A stretch of DNA of 56,777 nt, the filler included, from Sphacelaria rigidula (lineage: Eukaryota): the NCBI GenBank assembly GCA_964200075.2. It is 4 parts of 4 records of this genome, joined end to end, with 100 filler letters (N's around TTAATTAATTAA, not from the genome) between each part and the next. Parts side by side here need not be neighbours in the genome. Positions count along the whole stretch, not along the records: positions 42,659 to 56,777 come from CAXNAA020002451.1; 3 more parts are not named here. One strand, given 5' to 3'. Below, piece by piece: positions 52,517-56,777 of the stretch (the first letter of the stretch is position 1; each line of letters starts with the position of its first letter). Below the pieces are notes generated by a model. The model was given only the letters and a program-made list of their open reading frames with translations. It ran no database searches and was not told the origin of the DNA. The translations under genes and the position numbers were made by a program.

Positions 52517-54578
52517 TGGCAACGCGGAGGCGGACGACGTTGACATCGACGGTAACGATTCTGCGGCAGGACGCGACGAGAGCGAAGGATTGAGCCATGA
52601 AAATTCATCTTTCCGCCTTTTCAGGACCAGGACGCCCGTCGAGAGCAAAGTGCCGCGCAGAGGGTCGACAGGCCATGTACGATTTGTGGACGCCTTTAAT
52701 GGGGCGGCGGTGGGCGACCACCCGCCGATGATACGACCGGAAGATCATGATTCCCCGAATGGAGGCTCGACTGCCAGCGGGAAGCAGCTACTGTACCACC
52801 GTTCTTTTTCGGGAGAAGATGGGGAAGACGGCGGCCAATCCTCAGCGGGAGCAGTACAAAATTGCGCTGGCGAGCCTGCTGCAGCGGGCGGGGATGGCAC
52901 CGGCGATAGTTATGGAGAGGGAAGCCCGGGCGCCCGCAAACCATACTCGGGCCTTCCCGGAGGAAAATGCTTCGCCGGCGGCAAACGTTCACGGCAAGGA
53001 TGTTCCACCAAGTCGGAATGCGTTGACACAGGCGCGAATTCTGACAACGGGAACTTGGTCGAGGGGCAGGTAACGCAATTTGATGAAAGTGGCCTGAGCG
53101 GTAACAGCAGAGAAAAGAGAAGAGGTGGAGAAATGCTGCTCGCGCCATGGAGCTCTCGCACACCGACTGCCATCGATATCCCTCGGCGTCGCTCTCTTGT
53201 CTCGTCTGGCTGGCATCCTCCGCAGTCAACGCCAGGTGGGGGTGATGAACTGCGCTCACTGCCGGTCAACGCGGAAGGCATTTACGCTGTACCCCAGGAA
53301 CAACAAAAGGTTTCTGAAACCAGCGATGCCCAAGAGGCACTGGTGTACGAGTCTGGCAGGCGCCTGCTCTCTGAAAACAGCATATCGTCGATGAAACCAG
53401 GAGAGGAAGGAACCGGAAGAATGAGCTCCCATCACTCGATTGGTAGCACGCCGGCGGAATGGACTAGCGGGAGATCCGGCTTTGGCCTGTTCAGCAACAG
53501 ACACCCGGAATATGCTCCGCGCCGAGGTTCAATGCACGTTGCCGGTCCCGTTGACACCAGTAAAGATGGAGTAGTGGTGCCGGTGCTGCCGATACAGGTC
53601 GAGGCTAGTGGGGAGTTGGACTCAGGCTCCCGCGAAGGTCTCCATCACACACGTCACCGGTCGGAAGGACGCGAAAATATGTCAATTGTACCGCAACATC
53701 GAGACGCCAGAGAAAACGAAAATGACAGCGAGGGAAATAGTGCTGCGGCACTAACAACGAACAGCCGCGGTGCAGAACGCGGCGCGTATCTGAGCATGTT
53801 TAGGAGCACGATGCCTGAAATCGATGGTGAGCTGGCCGAAAGCGAATTCTTACAGATACGTAGCAGCGGTAGAAGCTTGTTCTGTGCACGTCAACCTACG
53901 GCCGACGATCTTCCTCGCCGTCGATCCATCGATACCTCTGATTGGCAGACACCTAATGCAGAGCCTACGTTCACAACAATGGGCGGAGATCAAGTGAATA
54001 AAGAGTCTGATGATCACGATGCAGTCATGGATAGTAGTAATCCTCAACGGGAAGAGATTACTGAGAGAGGAATGAACATGCAGGATTCTAGGTCGATGCC
54101 TGCAAAGGGGGCGGCGGGGACTTCATCTGGAGAAAGCTTTACTGGGATACGGTGGGGCTTAGGGCGGCCAATGATGATCGATGGCCCCCGACGTCGTGCC
54201 CTGCTTTCCGCTTCGTCATTGGAGTCTTCATCGCGCTCGGCAGATACAGGCGCAGGCAGCTCTTCGCGTTCTGTCGGAAGCAACGCAGTGCTTGACCTCC
54301 TGGGCAAGCGGGCTGGGGTGCCTCAAATTGAGGACATTGACCGTAGCATTCAGAGAGAAGGTATCCCACCTGTTGAAACAACTGATAGGGATGACGCGGT
54401 TGTTGCGCCAAGGAAAGGGTCCCTTCTTGGAGGAGTAGGGTGGAAGAAACCGAAATTGGCCGTCAGCGATATACCGCGCCGCCGTAAGTCATCGGCGGGC
54501 ACAGCCGTGACAATGGCGCCAGACGACGATACCCGAACCTCTGAGAGTGGGGTCGATCGGGATGAAGTTGGCCACTAA
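42661..54578 (+). CDS. Giant Pro/Thr-rich (mucin/extensin-like) multi-pass membrane protein with Pkd2/FLC-type TRP-like TM region and long disordered tail, 5'-partial; exons <42661-45174, 45471-45641, 45986-46200, 46957-47149, 47959-48154, 48500-48738, 49202-49522, 49831-49952, 50232-50380, 50776-50876, 51315-54578
   Basis: All ten introns are GT-AG with compatible phases, giving 7485 nt open to TAA. About 8-9 hydrophobic segments with SQLQFLATLSL..LRWINLW, FEPVFVDY and LKPFANGVVNNIE. The family assignment is by motif resemblance only. Confidence 0.87.
42715..45075 (+). repeat. Coding 15-bp minisatellite encoding (TTPPP)n
   Basis: Degenerate acc aca cca ccg cct units, roughly 155 by length/15, with higher-order block duplications. 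Confidence 0.95.
48850..49085 (+). mobile_element. Retroposon 3' end with (AATC)n tail, copy 3 of 3, intronic
   Basis: Same terminal 60 nt as 29025-29080. Confidence 0.7.
52476..52517 (+). repeat. (GAC)n coding microsatellite, poly-Asp
   Basis: In frame in the last exon. Confidence 0.9.
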
Positions 54579-56658
54579 ATATTCGCGAATGAACTCAATT
54601 CGTAAATGTAAGGTGATGGAACAAAATTGACCATTCATTTCAGGGAATCAACTGTGGCTGCGAACACAGCAGGCAAGGCGGGGCGGGGGACAACAGTGTA
54701 TAAATATATGAGTGTGATGAAACTTAGCGAGAAGCGTCCGAGTTGCTGTTGGAGTGAAGAAATGCGCCGCAATCGGTTGTGATTCAAAATCCATTTTGAG
54801 ATCGTAGCGGCAGAGTTAACGTTTCGACGGTATCGATACAAACAACACCTCGTGTTTGTAGTTTGATGTATGTTGATGGGTTACACTTTGGTGTCTACCC
54901 TCAGGATGCATTTTTGCTGTCATCGGTGGCATGTGTGGAATTATCGGGGTTCGAAAATATATACAAAATTGTCTTACAAGGTGTTTTTGACGTTTCGTGG
55001 CCAGTGGCGTTTCGAAATGCGAAGCCGGCAAGTCCAAATGTGCGGAAGCGTAGTTTGATTGTCGACGTGTTACCCACCTGTTGGCTTTGATAGATAGGGG
55101 AGTGGTGTGAGGTGGTTGGGAGAGATTTCCGTCTGCAACCTCGAATTGCTTTGTGCGAAGAAGTACGCGGTTTGCTGTCAGTTGTAAGTGTTGGTGGATC
55201 CTCGTGTATGTAGCTAGGTGCCCCCATGGTTCCTTCGCAGTTGTCGCCAGCGGTAAAAGTGTCACAGTTCAGTCTCAATTTGCGTGCGGTGATCTTTAAA
55301 AAGTTGTACGGCTGGTGACCACCTCCGCTGAAAGTTTATTACCGATATGGTTTTATGGCGACTCACCCCCACCGTCTGACTCAACTGATGTACTTGAAAA
55401 TCTGACAGTTGACCAACGACCGGTGGATGACGTGGACCGTTTTCCCTCCGAGGTTTTCACGCGTATCATTCGGGGGGGTCATTGGCACCCGGGCCTCCAC
55501 AAACCGCTTACGATGATGCGACAACCACCCGTTGGTGGCGGAAGAGCCTAGCTTGACCCTGACACCAGTCCCGAGATCGCAAAAGTACAACAATGTTCCA
55601 CAACCCACCGGATCACAAAAGACCGACGCGCTGTAAGTTGTGAGTCCTAAAGACTTCTGCCACTCAAGTTCAGATCGCCATGTGGACTCCTCCCATCATG
55701 GGCACATGGACTTCAGCAGCTTTAGTTATTCATGTATTGATCCTAAGCATAGTACAGGAGAACAGGACCATAGCCTCTTTCCACCAAAGTAGCAAAACCG
55801 GCTCTCCTAACAGCTCCATACAAGCTTGCCCAACTTCCGAACAACTCGCGAAAGATACCAACAAAATATCGTCCGTCATGAACATGCAATCACGCTACTT
55901 GCACCATTTCGAGTTACGAAGCGACAGCTGGCGCCGAATTCTCAAATCTTCGCCCAAAACAAGTCTCTTGACTCTTCATCGGCACGAAACCGGAAATATC
56001 AGCGTACGTCAAATTCCAGAGCATTCGTGACTCATCGTCTCTCTCATTCGAGACAAGGTTCTTCTCAACATACAAGATGCACTGTTTGTACGTCCAACAC
56101 CTGCGCAACAGAGGACAAAAGCCAAATTATACATCATCCTCTCGCTAGAAGGAAATAAACACCCAACACGTCTAAAACGTACCTGGCCTCTTGCTTCTGC
56201 AACACCGTAAAAAACGTATGCATTGGATGCCTCCCCGCCGTCAAAGCTTCAACGCTTCAACTCGCCATAATTTCATCAAGACAGTCAAAGGAAAGCCATG
56301 ACTCAAACCGCTTTTCAAGTCATGCATACTAATCCAACGACGGCGAACGAACCTCGACCTCCGCCATCATTGATCACTCCTCGTGATCTCGTTTTCGAAC
56401 TCTTGTGTTCGAACAAATCCAGATATTTCTGTATCTCGCTCGGATCTTGGACAGTCATATCCATCCGCGCATCAGCCAAAAAATAGAAATAATGAATTCC
56501 TCGACACGCTTGCAGTCCACCTGGATTAAACAGCCGATCCTAATTTTTGGGGTTGAAACATGAAATGAGGTTGAAATCCCATTTCTCTATCGCAGGGAAG
56601 ATACAAAAGAGTAACACAGAGCGGAAGTATCTTCCCCCCCCAAACTCCGCAGGCTTAA

Positions 56659-56760
56659 CCGTCAGACCGCGAGAGTAAGTCACCTGCTGAATCGGCATCA
56701 ATATTCACTTGGAAAAAGTACACGTGGTCCAGATCGACTACCAACACCGCGGTCCAAGGG
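56659..56760. mobile_element. 102-bp piggyBac-like MITE, TTAA TSD
   Basis: TTAA|ccgtcagaccgcg ... cgcggtccaaggg|TTAA. Confidence 0.75.
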
Positions 56761-56777
56761 TTAAGCAACTCTGGCTA

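Noticed and set aside
51393-54578. Stand-alone 1061-aa gene starting at Met 51393
   Set aside because: The frame is open back to an acceptor at 51314 and in phase with exon 50776-50876, so it is the terminal exon.

Overview
Eukaryotic, intron-rich, transposon-dense genomic DNA. GT-AG exon structure, TTAGGG-type repeats and gene style suggest a stramenopile, probably a brown alga (inference). Three 100-nt N gaps each contain an artificial TTAATTAATTAA linker, so the window is four contigs whose adjacency is unproven. Three + strand spliced genes can be reconstructed by hand. (1) Four exons encode a VwkA/alpha-kinase-type vWA domain (25271-27064). (2) The last three exons of an FBH1-like UvrD/SF1 helicase (29653-34681) include a probable GC-AG intron. 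(3) An 11-exon, >=2490-aa membrane protein (42661-54578) has a (TTPPP)n mucin/extensin-like stalk, a multi-pass region resembling the Pkd2/FLC 'TRP-like' domain, and a ~1090-aa disordered tail with an iterated LF/W-x-P-x-D-x-PRRxS motif; this is the best candidate for an undescribed system. The rest is a decayed LINE with an apparent ~48-60 bp target duplication, a decayed Copia element, a tRNA-derived SINE family, many non-autonomous TIR elements (Stowaway/mariner-like, piggyBac-like, foldbacks), microsatellites and decayed exon-like fragments. All calls were made by eye; no database searches were run.
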